Origin: Planctomycetota bacterium
GTDB taxonomy: Bacteria; Planctomycetota; Planctomycetia; Pirellulales; Pirellulaceae
Direction of reading: 5' to 3'
Length of the DNA: 64,000 nucleotides
NCBI GenBank assembly: GCA_018970165.1
Contig: JAGWWZ010000002.1
Span: 7,085-71,084, forward strand
Shown piece after piece: positions 36,373 through 45,805 of this stretch; positions within the stretch are counted from its first letter, which is position 1; each line of letters starts with the position of its first letter. The notes below the pieces were generated by a model, which was not told the origin of the DNA, ran no database searches, and was given only the letters and a program-made list of their open reading frames with translations. The translations under genes and the position numbers were made by a program.

Positions 36373-37479
36373 CTATAGAGCAAGATGGTGGGAGATGGTC
36401 TTTCGCACCAGATCGATCGTTGCATCGGACACCGTTTGCACCTCGCCGATGCGATTGGGCAGAATAAGGTTGAGCTTGCCATAGGTGTTTTTCTTGTCGT
36501 GCATCATTGCTTGGATCATGCGATCTGCGGTCAGATGTTTTTGAATACCGGCCATGATCCGTGTTGGCAGTCCGAATCGTTCGAGCAACTGATTTTGTTG
36601 ATCGAGCGAATGATCCGGCCATCGCTGAAGCGACGCAGCGAGATGACCAGCCATCGACATTCCGATCGAGACTGCTTCGCCGTGGAGCAACGTTCCATAT
36701 TCGGTCAGCGATTCGATAGCATGTCCAAATGTGTGACCGTAATTGAGTATCGCGCGGCGACCGGTCGTTTCCCACTCATCTTCGGCGACGACTCGTGCTT
36801 TCAGGAGGCAGGAGCGGCGAATCACTTCGGTCAGGGCACTTGTATCGCGAGCCAAGATGGCATCTGCATGATTCTCCAAGTATTCGAAGAAGTCTGCATC
36901 GAGGATGATTCCGTATTTGACCACTTCAGCCAGACCGCTGCGGAATTCGCGAGTTGGGAGGGTTGCCAGGTTGGCGATATCAGCCCAAACCAACGATGGT
37001 TGCCAGAACGAGCCGATCACATTTTTCGCTTCGGGCAAGTTGATTCCGGTTTTTCCACCGACACTGCTGTCGACCATCGCTAAGAGCGTAGTGGGTACTT
37101 GGATAAAGCGTATTCCCCGATTCCATGTGGCAGCCGCAAAACCTGCGAGATCTCCGATCACCCCTCCGCCTACCGCAACGATGATTCCTTTCCGGTCGAC
37201 CCCGAATTGAAGCAGATTCTTCCAGAGGTATTCGAGATAGCGAATCGATTTGCTCTCTTCGCCACTCGGAACATCTATCATGCATACCTTAGCTGGCTCG
37301 AATCCTAGTTCCTTCGCTGTCTTCTCTGCAATCAGCTTCACTTCGGCATCGTAAATAACGATCGCCTTGGAGGGGGGCGGAGAGAAGCTTCCGATGGCAA
37401 GACCAAGCTGGCCGGGGGCTGCGTTGCCGATATGGATCACGTAACTCCGCGGCCCGAGCGGCACATCAATCGACTGCAT
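36373..37479 (-). CDS. aroB: 3-dehydroquinate synthase
   Basis: GGGVIGDLAGFAAATWNRGIRFIQVPTTLLAMVDSSVGGKTGINL and HGEAVSIGM. Confidence 0.9.
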   Translation of the reverse strand: MQSIDVPLGPRSYVIHIGNAAPGQLGLAIGSFSPPPSKAIVIYDAEVKLIAEKTAKELGFEPAKVCMIDVPSGEESKSIRYLEYLWKNLLQFGVDRKGIIVAVGGGVIGDLAGFAAATWNRGIRFIQVPTTLLAMVDSSVGGKTGINLPEAKNVIGSFWQPSLVWADIANLATLPTREFRSGLAEVVKYGIILDADFFEYLENHADAILARDTSALTEVIRRSCLLKARVVAEDEWETTGRRAILNYGHTFGHAIESLTEYGTLLHGEAVSIGMSMAGHLAASLQRWPDHSLDQQNQLLERFGLPTRIMAGIQKHLTADRMIQAMMHDKKNTYGKLNLILPNRIGEVQTVSDATIDLVRKTISHHLAL

Positions 37480-39094
37480 GTTGTTCCTTGTGTTTCTGAT
37501 CGACAGCCAAGACGACTCTCGAATGGCACAAATAATCGTGGAGGGCTTTGCGTCCTCTCAGCAAGAAAAGGGTCATCGTATTGATTGCCAGGAAGATCAC
37601 CAGTGCGAGCTCGATCCATTCAGCCAGTTGCTCCGAAGACCAGGATACATAGATCGAAAAGGGGAATCCCCATGCAAATGCGTTCCTCAAGACTTCGCGA
37701 GGCACAAGCTGCTCGCGTCGGGGAGCAAGTCCATGTTCCTCGACGATTCGTGTTTGAAACAGATATCTCCCAATGGAGGGCCAGCCGCGATAGATCAGGA
37801 ACAAGTAAATCGCAGGAACGATTAACGACAACAGCGCGATAACCGGAATCCACAGCCGCCTGTTGATTATCCCGACTGTATTCGTAACTTCATCGCCACC
37901 GAGGAAGAAGAGAGCGATCGCGAAGGGAGCGAATGCCGTCAGCAAACAACCTTGGTCGACGATGTAGGCCATCGCGCGGGGTGCGAAGCCAGCTGCAGTC
38001 GTGCTCACCGGAGCAATGGTGCGCAAGTCCTTCAAGAGTGCATCGTAGTTTTGATAGCGATCCGAAGGTTTCTTGGCCAGCAGTTTCTCGATTAGCTTTT
38101 TGAACTCGACAGGGATATTTACAGGCCAGGGGTTCGGGAACTCAATCGCCGCAGTGCTATGAACCTGGAGCTTTTCGTAGATCGTATCGCCGACCAATTT
38201 GAACGGGTGTCTGCCGAAGACCAATTCAAACAACGTGACTCCCAGAGCGTACATATCCGATTGGATACTCAATCCTTCCCCGGCGACCACTTCCGGCGCG
38301 ACATACGCAGGGGTGCCTCCCACGCGGGCATCGGATGTATCGTCGGACTGAACGCGCGAAAGTCCGAAATCCGACAGCTTGATCCGACCCTCGCCAGCCA
38401 TGATCAGATTTGCGGGCTTGATGTCGGCATGAACAATATCGAATACCGCCGCATGCCTGAGGGCTTGGGCTACTTGGATTGCATAACGGATGGCTTCTTC
38501 GTAGGGAATCGATCCCGATGAGCTTAAACGTTCCGCGAGGGTTGGACCGGGAAGCAGTTCCATCGCTAGGAAAGGCTCTTCTCCTTGGCGGCCCACGTAA
38601 TAGATGGTAACGACGTTCGGGTGATTGAGCCGCGCCTGCGCGACCGCTTCGCGAAGCATCGCGTTCAGTCGCGATTCGGTTCGCTGGCTCCGTTGGTGAA
38701 TGACTTTGACCGCGACATAGCGTTGCAAGGAAGTGTCCAACGCACGGTACACAGCCCCCATGCCTCCACCACCTAGTTTGCGATCGATTCGAAAGTGACC
38801 AAATACCTTGTTGGTCAGTTCGTCACCCTGCTCCACTTCCAGCTTTTCCATCGTATGCTGGCCATAGAAATCGTGGATGCTGATTGTGGCGGTATTGGCA
38901 TCGCGAATCGCCTCGGGGGTGATGCGTCGTTTGCACACCGAACAGACACCGCCCGAGGCAGGATCGACCGCATATTCATTGCCACAGGCGCAATGGTAGA
39001 CAAGCCCCGCAGTCTTCTCCTGGGTCTTCTGCTGGCTCTGCTCTTGGGTCGAGATGTTTTGTTGAATAAGAGGGCTAGTCTGCATCGCACCCAT
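37466..39094 (-). CDS. Ser/Thr protein kinase with N-terminal zinc-ribbon-like motif and C-terminal RDD-family membrane domain
   Basis: CACGNEY..CSVCKRR, then GGGGMGAVYRA..AVKV, HADIKPANLI and SDFGLSR. The C-terminal multi-TM region has R..A..IVD and HDYLCHSRVV, which is RDD-like. The 3' end overlaps the aroB start by 14 nt. First ATG is at 39094 (GTG at 39103). Confidence 0.8.
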   Translation of the reverse strand: MGAMQTSPLIQQNISTQEQSQQKTQEKTAGLVYHCACGNEYAVDPASGGVCSVCKRRITPEAIRDANTATISIHDFYGQHTMEKLEVEQGDELTNKVFGHFRIDRKLGGGGMGAVYRALDTSLQRYVAVKVIHQRSQRTESRLNAMLREAVAQARLNHPNVVTIYYVGRQGEEPFLAMELLPGPTLAERLSSSGSIPYEEAIRYAIQVAQALRHAAVFDIVHADIKPANLIMAGEGRIKLSDFGLSRVQSDDTSDARVGGTPAYVAPEVVAGEGLSIQSDMYALGVTLFELVFGRHPFKLVGDTIYEKLQVHSTAAIEFPNPWPVNIPVEFKKLIEKLLAKKPSDRYQNYDALLKDLRTIAPVSTTAAGFAPRAMAYIVDQGCLLTAFAPFAIALFFLGGDEVTNTVGIINRRLWIPVIALLSLIVPAIYLFLIYRGWPSIGRYLFQTRIVEEHGLAPRREQLVPREVLRNAFAWGFPFSIYVSWSSEQLAEWIELALVIFLAINTMTLFLLRGRKALHDYLCHSRVVLAVDQKHKEQHAVD

Positions 39095-39137
39095 TGTACA
39101 CACTGTTGGGTATTCCCGAACGAATCTGAAAGCAGGA

Positions 39138-40244
39138 ATGTTTATGCGCTGGCCTGATTTACCCGACGAGCATCCTACGCCATCCCTTGTGATTCACCGG
39201 CCAACGGTCCGAGATAATCTTCAGCGAATGCAGACCTACTGCGATTCGCATGCGTTGCGATTGCGACCCCATACCAAAACTCACAAATCGCTGCTGATGG
39301 CCCAGGAGCAAATCGCCGTGGGAGCGTCCGGTTTGACCGTGGCAAAAGCCGGTGAAGCTCGCGTCATGAGCCAAGCATCGAAAGATATCTTGGTCGCCTA
39401 TCCAGCGGTGGGCGCGAAGCGACTGCACGATCTGGTTGCGGTGGCACGCGACGCAGAGGTGACAGTCGGAATCGACTCCTTGGACGCTGCACAGCAACTG
39501 CAATCGGCGGCGGTCCAGGCGGGCGTTACGTTTGGCATCCTGATCGATATGGAGGTCGGCTTTTTCCGAACGGGAGTCCAGGACGTAGCGAACGCAGTGG
39601 CGTTAGGGCAAGCGATCGATTCCATGTCCCATCTCAAGTTCCGAGGCTTGATGTGTTTTCCTGGCCATTTACTCCCCAGCTCCCCACCAGAAACTTGGGC
39701 TCGTTACACGGAGTCCTTGCAAAACATCATTGAGCAGTTTGCTGCATCGGGCATTCCGGTTGAAACGGTGTCCGGCGGATCAACCCCCACCGCAATCGCC
39801 TCCCATCAAAATCCTTTTTTGAACGAGATCCGGCCGGGAACGTATATCTACAATGACTTGAACGAAGTCAGATTAGGGGTGGCAACTCTCGAGCAGTGTG
39901 CCGCTCGAATCGCAGCGACAGTGGTCAGTGTTCCCTCAAGCCGCAAGTTCATTATCGATGCGGGTAGCAAGACACTCTCGAGCGACCGCAATTGCGTCGA
40001 CGATCAATCAGGATTCGGCATGGTGATCGAGTATCCCACCGCAAAAATCAGTCGCCTGAGCGAAGAGCACGGCGAAGTCGTTTTGCCCGAAAACAGTGTT
40101 CAATCCCTTCCGAGAGTCGGAGATAGGGTGTTCGTTCTCCCAAACCATATTTGTGTGTGCGTGAATTTACAGAACTCGTTCTACCTGCTCGATTCTGACT
40201 CTCTGGTCGAATACCCTGTCGACGCCCGAGGTTTGTTGACCTGA
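39138..40244 (+). CDS. D-TA family PLP-dependent enzyme (D-threonine aldolase / D-serine dehydratase-like, alanine racemase N-terminal fold)
   Basis: TPSLVIHRPTVRDNLQRM..LRPHTKTHKS (PLP-Lys region), with the C-terminal SEEHGEV and PNHICV motifs typical of the family. An alternative ATG at 39144 has better AGGA spacing. Confidence 0.65.
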   Translation: MFMRWPDLPDEHPTPSLVIHRPTVRDNLQRMQTYCDSHALRLRPHTKTHKSLLMAQEQIAVGASGLTVAKAGEARVMSQASKDILVAYPAVGAKRLHDLVAVARDAEVTVGIDSLDAAQQLQSAAVQAGVTFGILIDMEVGFFRTGVQDVANAVALGQAIDSMSHLKFRGLMCFPGHLLPSSPPETWARYTESLQNIIEQFAASGIPVETVSGGSTPTAIASHQNPFLNEIRPGTYIYNDLNEVRLGVATLEQCAARIAATVVSVPSSRKFIIDAGSKTLSSDRNCVDDQSGFGMVIEYPTAKISRLSEEHGEVVLPENSVQSLPRVGDRVFVLPNHICVCVNLQNSFYLLDSDSLVEYPVDARGLLT

Positions 40245-41011
40245 TGAAGATTTCCGTTTTGGTGCCAGCCTTCAACGAAGAAGGAACAATCGATCATGTT
40301 CTCGCACGCTTGAGCGAGTTACCATTCCAGGACTTCGAAGTCATCGTCGTTGACGATGGGTCCACGGATCGCACCGCAGAGCGGATCGCCAAATTCGTGG
40401 AAGGTAACGACCGCGTCCGGTGGTTTCGCCAGGAAAGAAACCAAGGCAAGACCGCCGCGATCGCGAGGGCGATCTCCGAATCGAAGGGGGATATCCTCAT
40501 TATTCAAGATGCCGATCTCGAATACGATCCGATCGAGATACCGGATGTGATCGAACCGATCCTGAGAAACGTGGCGGATGTGGTCTATGGCAGCCGGTTT
40601 TTGGTCAAGCGAGCCTCGCGCGTTCTCTATTTTTATCACTATGTTGCGAACAAGTGCCTGACCTTGCTCAGCAATCTACTGACCAATCGGAACATGTCCG
40701 ATATCGAAACATGTTACAAGGCGTTTCGGCGAGAGGTGATCGTTCCGATGAATTTGACCAGCCGTGGCTTTGGCATGGAAGTCGAGATTACCGCTTTGAT
40801 CTGCAAGACCATCGCTCGAACCTATGAAGTACCGATTTCTTACTACGGTCGGACCTATGACGAAGGAAAGAAGATCGGTCTCAAAGATGGAATCGCCGCG
40901 ATTTGGTACATCCTGTACTACAATCTCGTCGCCCCATGGACGAGTGATGGCCAGCGATATGTCGCGAGCGTTAATGATGCATTGAAACGATGTCGAGGCA
41001 AGGTTTCTTGA
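40244..41011 (+). CDS. family 2 glycosyltransferase, DPM1/ArnC-like
   Basis: VLVPAFNEEGTI, VVDDGSTDRT and QDADLEYDP. The start overlaps the upstream stop (TGATG). Confidence 0.8.
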   Translation: MKISVLVPAFNEEGTIDHVLARLSELPFQDFEVIVVDDGSTDRTAERIAKFVEGNDRVRWFRQERNQGKTAAIARAISESKGDILIIQDADLEYDPIEIPDVIEPILRNVADVVYGSRFLVKRASRVLYFYHYVANKCLTLLSNLLTNRNMSDIETCYKAFRREVIVPMNLTSRGFGMEVEITALICKTIARTYEVPISYYGRTYDEGKKIGLKDGIAAIWYILYYNLVAPWTSDGQRYVASVNDALKRCRGKVS

Positions 41012-41080
41012 CGCGGATCGTTTCGTGGTATCGAATGAGGAATTCTTTGACTACCGCCACGACTGCAACAATGCATCGCT

Positions 41081-42532
41081 ATGAAAATCGAATCAACTCC
41101 GTCCGACTGGATCTCTTCCCCGTGCGATGCCTTGGTTCTCTCGGTCGATGAGAATTGGAAGGGACGGGAAGATCTTCTGCGTTTGAATGAAGCCACAGGG
41201 GATTGGCTCTTTCCAATCCTGCAACGGGGCGAGGTCTCGACCAAGCCCAATCGAGTGACCCTGTTGCATGCTCCTGCAGCCAAGTCTCCATCGACTCTTG
41301 TCGCCTTGGTAGGGACCGGAGCGCGGGGGAAAGCACCGCTCGACATCCCGTTTCGCGCGGCTGCATCCGCCATCCGTGCCGTCATGACCAAGAATCGTTC
41401 GACGGTTCGCGTCGTCGGTTTGGCAGGTTCGCCACTAGAAGAACGCGCGGTCGTCGCGGGTGCCGTCTCGGCGTGTACTGGACAGGATCTCTTTCGGTCC
41501 GAGAAATCCATTTTCGCGCCGGATACCCTCCAGTTTGCCGGATTTCATTCTCGACAAGTCGAGATCGGCCAGATCGTTGGTCAGTCGATCCAGTTGGTGA
41601 AGCGGCTGGTGAATCTCCCACCGAACTACATGTACCCCGAAACCTTTGTCGATGAAGCGATGTCGGTTTCCCAAGAGGCTGGCATCAGCATCGAGGTGTG
41701 GGATCTCGAGCAGCTCAAGGCCCAGCGCTGCGGCGCTCTGCTCGGAGTCGCTCGCGGTTCAGTGCGTCCGCCTCGATTGCTCGTGATGAAATATGCAGGT
41801 ACGGACACTGCGATGGCCCCTATCGCCCTGGTTGGCAAAGGAGTCACGTTTGATAGCGGTGGCTACTCCATCAAACCCACCGATGGCATGCTAACTATGA
41901 AAGCAGACATGGCTGGGGCCGCAACAGTGCTGGGGATCATGCGAGCAGCCGCACTACTGAAAGTCAAACGTCCGATCATCGGCGTGATGGGATTGGTCGA
42001 GAACCTCATATCAGGCGATGCGTTCAAGCTTGGTGATGTCCTCACCGCTCGCAGCGGAAAGACCATCGAGATTCACAACACCGATGCTGAAGGTCGTCTC
42101 GTACTAGCCGATTGCTTGAACGTCGCACTCGATTACTCGCCAGAAAAAATAGTCGATTTTGCGACCCTCACCGGAGCCTGTGTGGTCGCTCTCGGAAACG
42201 ATGTTGTCGGATTGATGTCGAATGATTTGTCTTGGCAATCGGAGATTCAATCGGCAGCTAACAGCTGTGGGGAGTACACATGGCCTCTACCCATGTTTCC
42301 GTTCTTTTCCGAGCAAATTGCAGGGAAGGTCGCCGACATCAAGAACGTCGGCGATGGACGATGGGGAGGTGCGATCACCGCGGCTAAGTTCCTGGAAGAG
42401 TTCGTTGGCTCCACTCCCTGGACCCATCTTGATATCGCAGGACCAGCCTTCGCGGATTCGAGCAAACCATGGGCAGACGCCGGTGGCACCGGCTACATGG
42501 TCCGATCGATGATTGAGTTGCTACTGAAATGA
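41081..42532 (+). CDS. pepA: leucyl aminopeptidase (M17)
   Basis: VGKGVTFDSGGYSIKP and NTDAEGRLVLAD. Confidence 0.9.
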   Translation: MKIESTPSDWISSPCDALVLSVDENWKGREDLLRLNEATGDWLFPILQRGEVSTKPNRVTLLHAPAAKSPSTLVALVGTGARGKAPLDIPFRAAASAIRAVMTKNRSTVRVVGLAGSPLEERAVVAGAVSACTGQDLFRSEKSIFAPDTLQFAGFHSRQVEIGQIVGQSIQLVKRLVNLPPNYMYPETFVDEAMSVSQEAGISIEVWDLEQLKAQRCGALLGVARGSVRPPRLLVMKYAGTDTAMAPIALVGKGVTFDSGGYSIKPTDGMLTMKADMAGAATVLGIMRAAALLKVKRPIIGVMGLVENLISGDAFKLGDVLTARSGKTIEIHNTDAEGRLVLADCLNVALDYSPEKIVDFATLTGACVVALGNDVVGLMSNDLSWQSEIQSAANSCGEYTWPLPMFPFFSEQIAGKVADIKNVGDGRWGGAITAAKFLEEFVGSTPWTHLDIAGPAFADSSKPWADAGGTGYMVRSMIELLLK

Positions 42533-43263
42533 GTCCGGATCGAACGACAGCTACGGATGTATCGGATGACGACATGCGTCGCCAATATCATGAGCTTGCT
42601 GAATTGGCGGGCTCGCTGGCGCATGAGATCAAGAATCCACTTTCTGTCATTCACATGAATACCGACTTGCTGTGCGAGGAACTTGAAGAGAGCCAGTGGC
42701 CTGGTAAAAGACGAGCCATTGCCAAGGTCGATATGATTCGACAGCAATGTCATCGGATGGAGAATCTCCTTTCCGACTTTCTGCGATTCGCGCGCATGCA
42801 GGATATGGAGATGACCGTCGCCTCGCTCAACGATCAAATCTCAGTAGTTCTGAACTTTTACCAGGCCCAAGCGGATAAGCTCAATGTTCGTTTGGAACGC
42901 TACCTCGATCCCAATCTACCCCACATCCGTCTCAACAGTAGCGCTTTGCAAGCGGCTCTCATCAACCTCGTGAAGAACGCCCTGGAAGCCATGCCCAACG
43001 GCGGGGAATTGATCGTACAAACTTATTCCACACCCACCGGTGTAGCACTCGACATGATCGATACCGGATGCGGCATGGATGAAACCACGGCCATGCGCAT
43101 GTTCGAACCGTTCTACTCCACCAAAACGGAGGGATCGGGACTTGGTTTGCCAACGACCCGCAAGATCATCGAAGCTCACGGTGGTCGCATCAACGTACAA
43201 AGCGAAGTGGAGCGGGGCACCAAATTCGTAATCGAGTTTCCGACGCCAAAACGGATCGGTTGA
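42529..43263 (+). CDS. sensor-less histidine kinase (DHp + HATPase_c only)
   Basis: H-box LAHEIKNPLSV, N-box NLVKNALEAM, and G-boxes DTGCGM and GSGLGL. Only about 25 aa precede the H-box. The start overlaps the pepA stop (ATGA). Confidence 0.8.
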   Translation: MSPDRTTATDVSDDDMRRQYHELAELAGSLAHEIKNPLSVIHMNTDLLCEELEESQWPGKRRAIAKVDMIRQQCHRMENLLSDFLRFARMQDMEMTVASLNDQISVVLNFYQAQADKLNVRLERYLDPNLPHIRLNSSALQAALINLVKNALEAMPNGGELIVQTYSTPTGVALDMIDTGCGMDETTAMRMFEPFYSTKTEGSGLGLPTTRKIIEAHGGRINVQSEVERGTKFVIEFPTPKRIG

Positions 43264-43277
43264 ACGCGACCAGGCAA

Positions 43278-44549
43278 TCAATCAGCGCGAGCTGGGGATT
43301 CCGTATCTTTTTTTGGGGGGAAACAACCCACTAGACCGACTCCCGCCAGAAGGGCGATGATCGGCATCGCCGGGGATCGCATCCGCATGTTGCTCCAATA
43401 CACGCTGTGGACCAGAGTCAAACTGGCCACGAGCAACAGACCAGGCAGCCAATCGCGCAGGGGAATCCCTGATCGAATCAAATGCGTGAAGCCCGCGATG
43501 GCTGAAAGAAACAATACCGCATACCAAAGGGCGATCGCGATTTGAGTTGCGCGAGATGCCTGGCGCGGCGATGGCCAGAGCGCCCAAAGCCAACCGGCGC
43601 GGATCGTGCATCCTTGTAAAAATATCCCTGGGTTATTCAGCATCGTCGACCATGCAAGCGATTGCGCGAAACGATCTACAGATACTTCATCCTGGTTCGG
43701 AGATCGCGAACGCTCGTTTCGCCATTGCGAGTGAAACGTATTTTCATCCCACTCGCGCGACACGCTCGTTTGCCAATGGTTGTAGAGGATGGGATTGTTT
43801 GCAAGGTAAAGGGTATAGCCGCCGTGAGTCGTAGTCGCGATCGGCTTTCCAAACTGAATAGCATTTCGTGCGGCCCAAGGTGCGATGACGATTGCTAAAC
43901 CTAGCGAACACACGGCTACCCATTTCCAGCGTCGTTCTAATAGCGCAAACAACCACCATAGAACCATCCACGCCAACGCCGTTGGGCGGCACAACACCGC
44001 CAGCCCCATGCCAATACCCAGAAGCAACGATTTCCAACTCCAGCGATCTTGACGGTTATGCTCCTCCCTCAGCCAACACCACCAAAGAACCGCTCCAAGA
44101 AGTGTTGCAAGCGTTTCGGTCATAACCAGAGTGGATTGACGCAGCAGAATCGGATCGCATGCTACCCAAAACGTCGCGAACCAACAAACCAGGGACGAAA
44201 GTTCCAATCGCTTGCCGATAGCGAACGTTATGGCGCATGTTGCCAGACCAAGGATTCCATGCAGACCCATGATCCACCATTTACTTGCATCTGGGTTGGG
44301 TGATGAAGCGAACCACGATAGCAACCATGGATAGAGTGGAGGTCGGTAGGCTGTCGGCACAGCGATTCCCTCCGAGTTGATGCGACCGAATGTTCCCGTA
44401 TCGTGCCAGGTTGCTGCTAGAGCGTGATAAGCGTCCGGGTCCATGCTGAGACTGTCTCGTCCGAGCCATAGGATGCCGAATCGAATTCCTGCAACCAACG
44501 CGAAAACAATAAAAAAGAACGAGCGACGTTGGCAAAATGAACCGGACAT
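43278..44549 (-). CDS. GT-C superfamily membrane glycosyltransferase (PMT_2/ArnT-like)
   Basis: Multi-TM protein. Its first loop region, DPDAYHALAATW..AYRPPLYPWLLSWF, is typical of family 39/83-like dolichyl/undecaprenyl-phosphate-sugar dependent transferases. Confidence 0.6.
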   Translation of the reverse strand: MSGSFCQRRSFFFIVFALVAGIRFGILWLGRDSLSMDPDAYHALAATWHDTGTFGRINSEGIAVPTAYRPPLYPWLLSWFASSPNPDASKWWIMGLHGILGLATCAITFAIGKRLELSSLVCWFATFWVACDPILLRQSTLVMTETLATLLGAVLWWCWLREEHNRQDRWSWKSLLLGIGMGLAVLCRPTALAWMVLWWLFALLERRWKWVAVCSLGLAIVIAPWAARNAIQFGKPIATTTHGGYTLYLANNPILYNHWQTSVSREWDENTFHSQWRNERSRSPNQDEVSVDRFAQSLAWSTMLNNPGIFLQGCTIRAGWLWALWPSPRQASRATQIAIALWYAVLFLSAIAGFTHLIRSGIPLRDWLPGLLLVASLTLVHSVYWSNMRMRSPAMPIIALLAGVGLVGCFPPKKDTESPARAD

Positions 44550-44579
44550 GAATTGCTCATCCCCGCAGGAATGCGGCGT

Positions 44580-45764
44580 TCAGGATGCTGCGGGAGACCA
44601 GTCTTTTCGGGGTGTAGCTTCTACCGTACAAGGGCGAGTCTGCAATCGATGAATCCGCTCCATCGCATTTTGGACTTCACCAGCACTGCTTAGCGCATGG
44701 AGTCTCAACCGGAAGGTACGCGACTGGCCCCCCTGCAACTTCACCACGCGCCCCTGCTGCTCCTCGAAGGACTTGGTGTTGGGAAATCCCGATGCCGGCT
44801 CAACACCCAGCACGTAACCATCCTCTACGCCCGCCGTGTTTTTCCAGAAATTCAAGCATGGCAGGGTCCTCGTGTCGAACTGGACAGAGTAGCCGAGCGT
44901 CCCATCATGATTGGTCAGCATGGCTTCTGCCCAATCGTGCTCGTCGACCAATGGCGTGCTGTAATAGACTTGCTCGCGGAACCCTCCCTCAGGCCCCTCG
45001 CAGATACTCCAAGTTTCAACCCCCTCGCTGGCTCGCGCATCTCGCGGGGCCAAGTGATCGAGCGCTGCAATGATGCGAGATCCCGCCTGCAAGACCGGTT
45101 GTCCTAGATTGATATGGTAGAGCAACTGCATCGAACCGGGAGTCGTGAGTGGGTTGGTCACGGTATCATGAATCTCGATCGTATTTCGATTGGGATAGAA
45201 CCGATATCGAGTCTCTAACTCCAAAGAGTAAACCAAGAATCGCGATTCGATCACTTTGCCGACTACATCCACGAACCCAAGTTCCGCTTGCGATTCAATT
45301 GAGAGATCGTGGCACGGAAGGTTGGCGATGCGGCCATGAACGGGATACCGCACATGACCTCGATCATCGAACTCCGGTGCGCCGTTGCTGAGCAACCCAC
45401 ATCGGACCAACAACTCATCGAAACCCTCGAGCCATCCGATGCCCGACGGATCGCCGACAGGGACCAGTGATGGATGAACTGGTCCGCAGACGGGACTTTG
45501 CCATCCATACTCGATTTCTTGAATTTGCGACTTCCAAATCCCCATCCCACGCTCTGGTAGGATTACCGTCCTCATCGCTCCATTATCGACGGTCAAACAC
45601 TTCATTCCCATCGATTTGCCGTCCGACCACTGGGACCAATCGATGTGGAACGCACCGCCATCGACTTCGACATGCAACGAACGGAGTTCTTCGTCAACAG
45701 GCTTGGAGTGCTCCAAGACGGGATCGATTGAGGATCTACGATGGATCAAATTCCAGCGAGTCAT
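44580..45764 (-). CDS. aldose 1-epimerase superfamily protein (DUF4432-like)
   Basis: About 394 aa with VILPERGMGIW, YPVHGRIANLP and LGVEPASGFPN patterns, characteristic of DUF4432/galactose mutarotase-like proteins. Confidence 0.55.
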   Translation of the reverse strand: MTRWNLIHRRSSIDPVLEHSKPVDEELRSLHVEVDGGAFHIDWSQWSDGKSMGMKCLTVDNGAMRTVILPERGMGIWKSQIQEIEYGWQSPVCGPVHPSLVPVGDPSGIGWLEGFDELLVRCGLLSNGAPEFDDRGHVRYPVHGRIANLPCHDLSIESQAELGFVDVVGKVIESRFLVYSLELETRYRFYPNRNTIEIHDTVTNPLTTPGSMQLLYHINLGQPVLQAGSRIIAALDHLAPRDARASEGVETWSICEGPEGGFREQVYYSTPLVDEHDWAEAMLTNHDGTLGYSVQFDTRTLPCLNFWKNTAGVEDGYVLGVEPASGFPNTKSFEEQQGRVVKLQGGQSRTFRLRLHALSSAGEVQNAMERIHRLQTRPCTVEATPRKDWSPAAS

Positions 45765-45805
45765 AGCGTTTAAAGATGGAGGGAGGATTCGGAAACAGTT
45801 TTGCG

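Noticed and set aside
35843-36775. Long antisense or alternative-frame ORFs: 35843-36775, 49204-49950, 51617-52276, 47144-47827, 22144-22875, 18554-19309, 40918-41511 and 11088-11699.
   Set aside because: Each lies entirely within or opposite a strongly supported gene. Their composition is Arg/Ser/Pro/Gly-rich, as expected from antisense reading of GC-rich codons, and none carries a recognisable motif.
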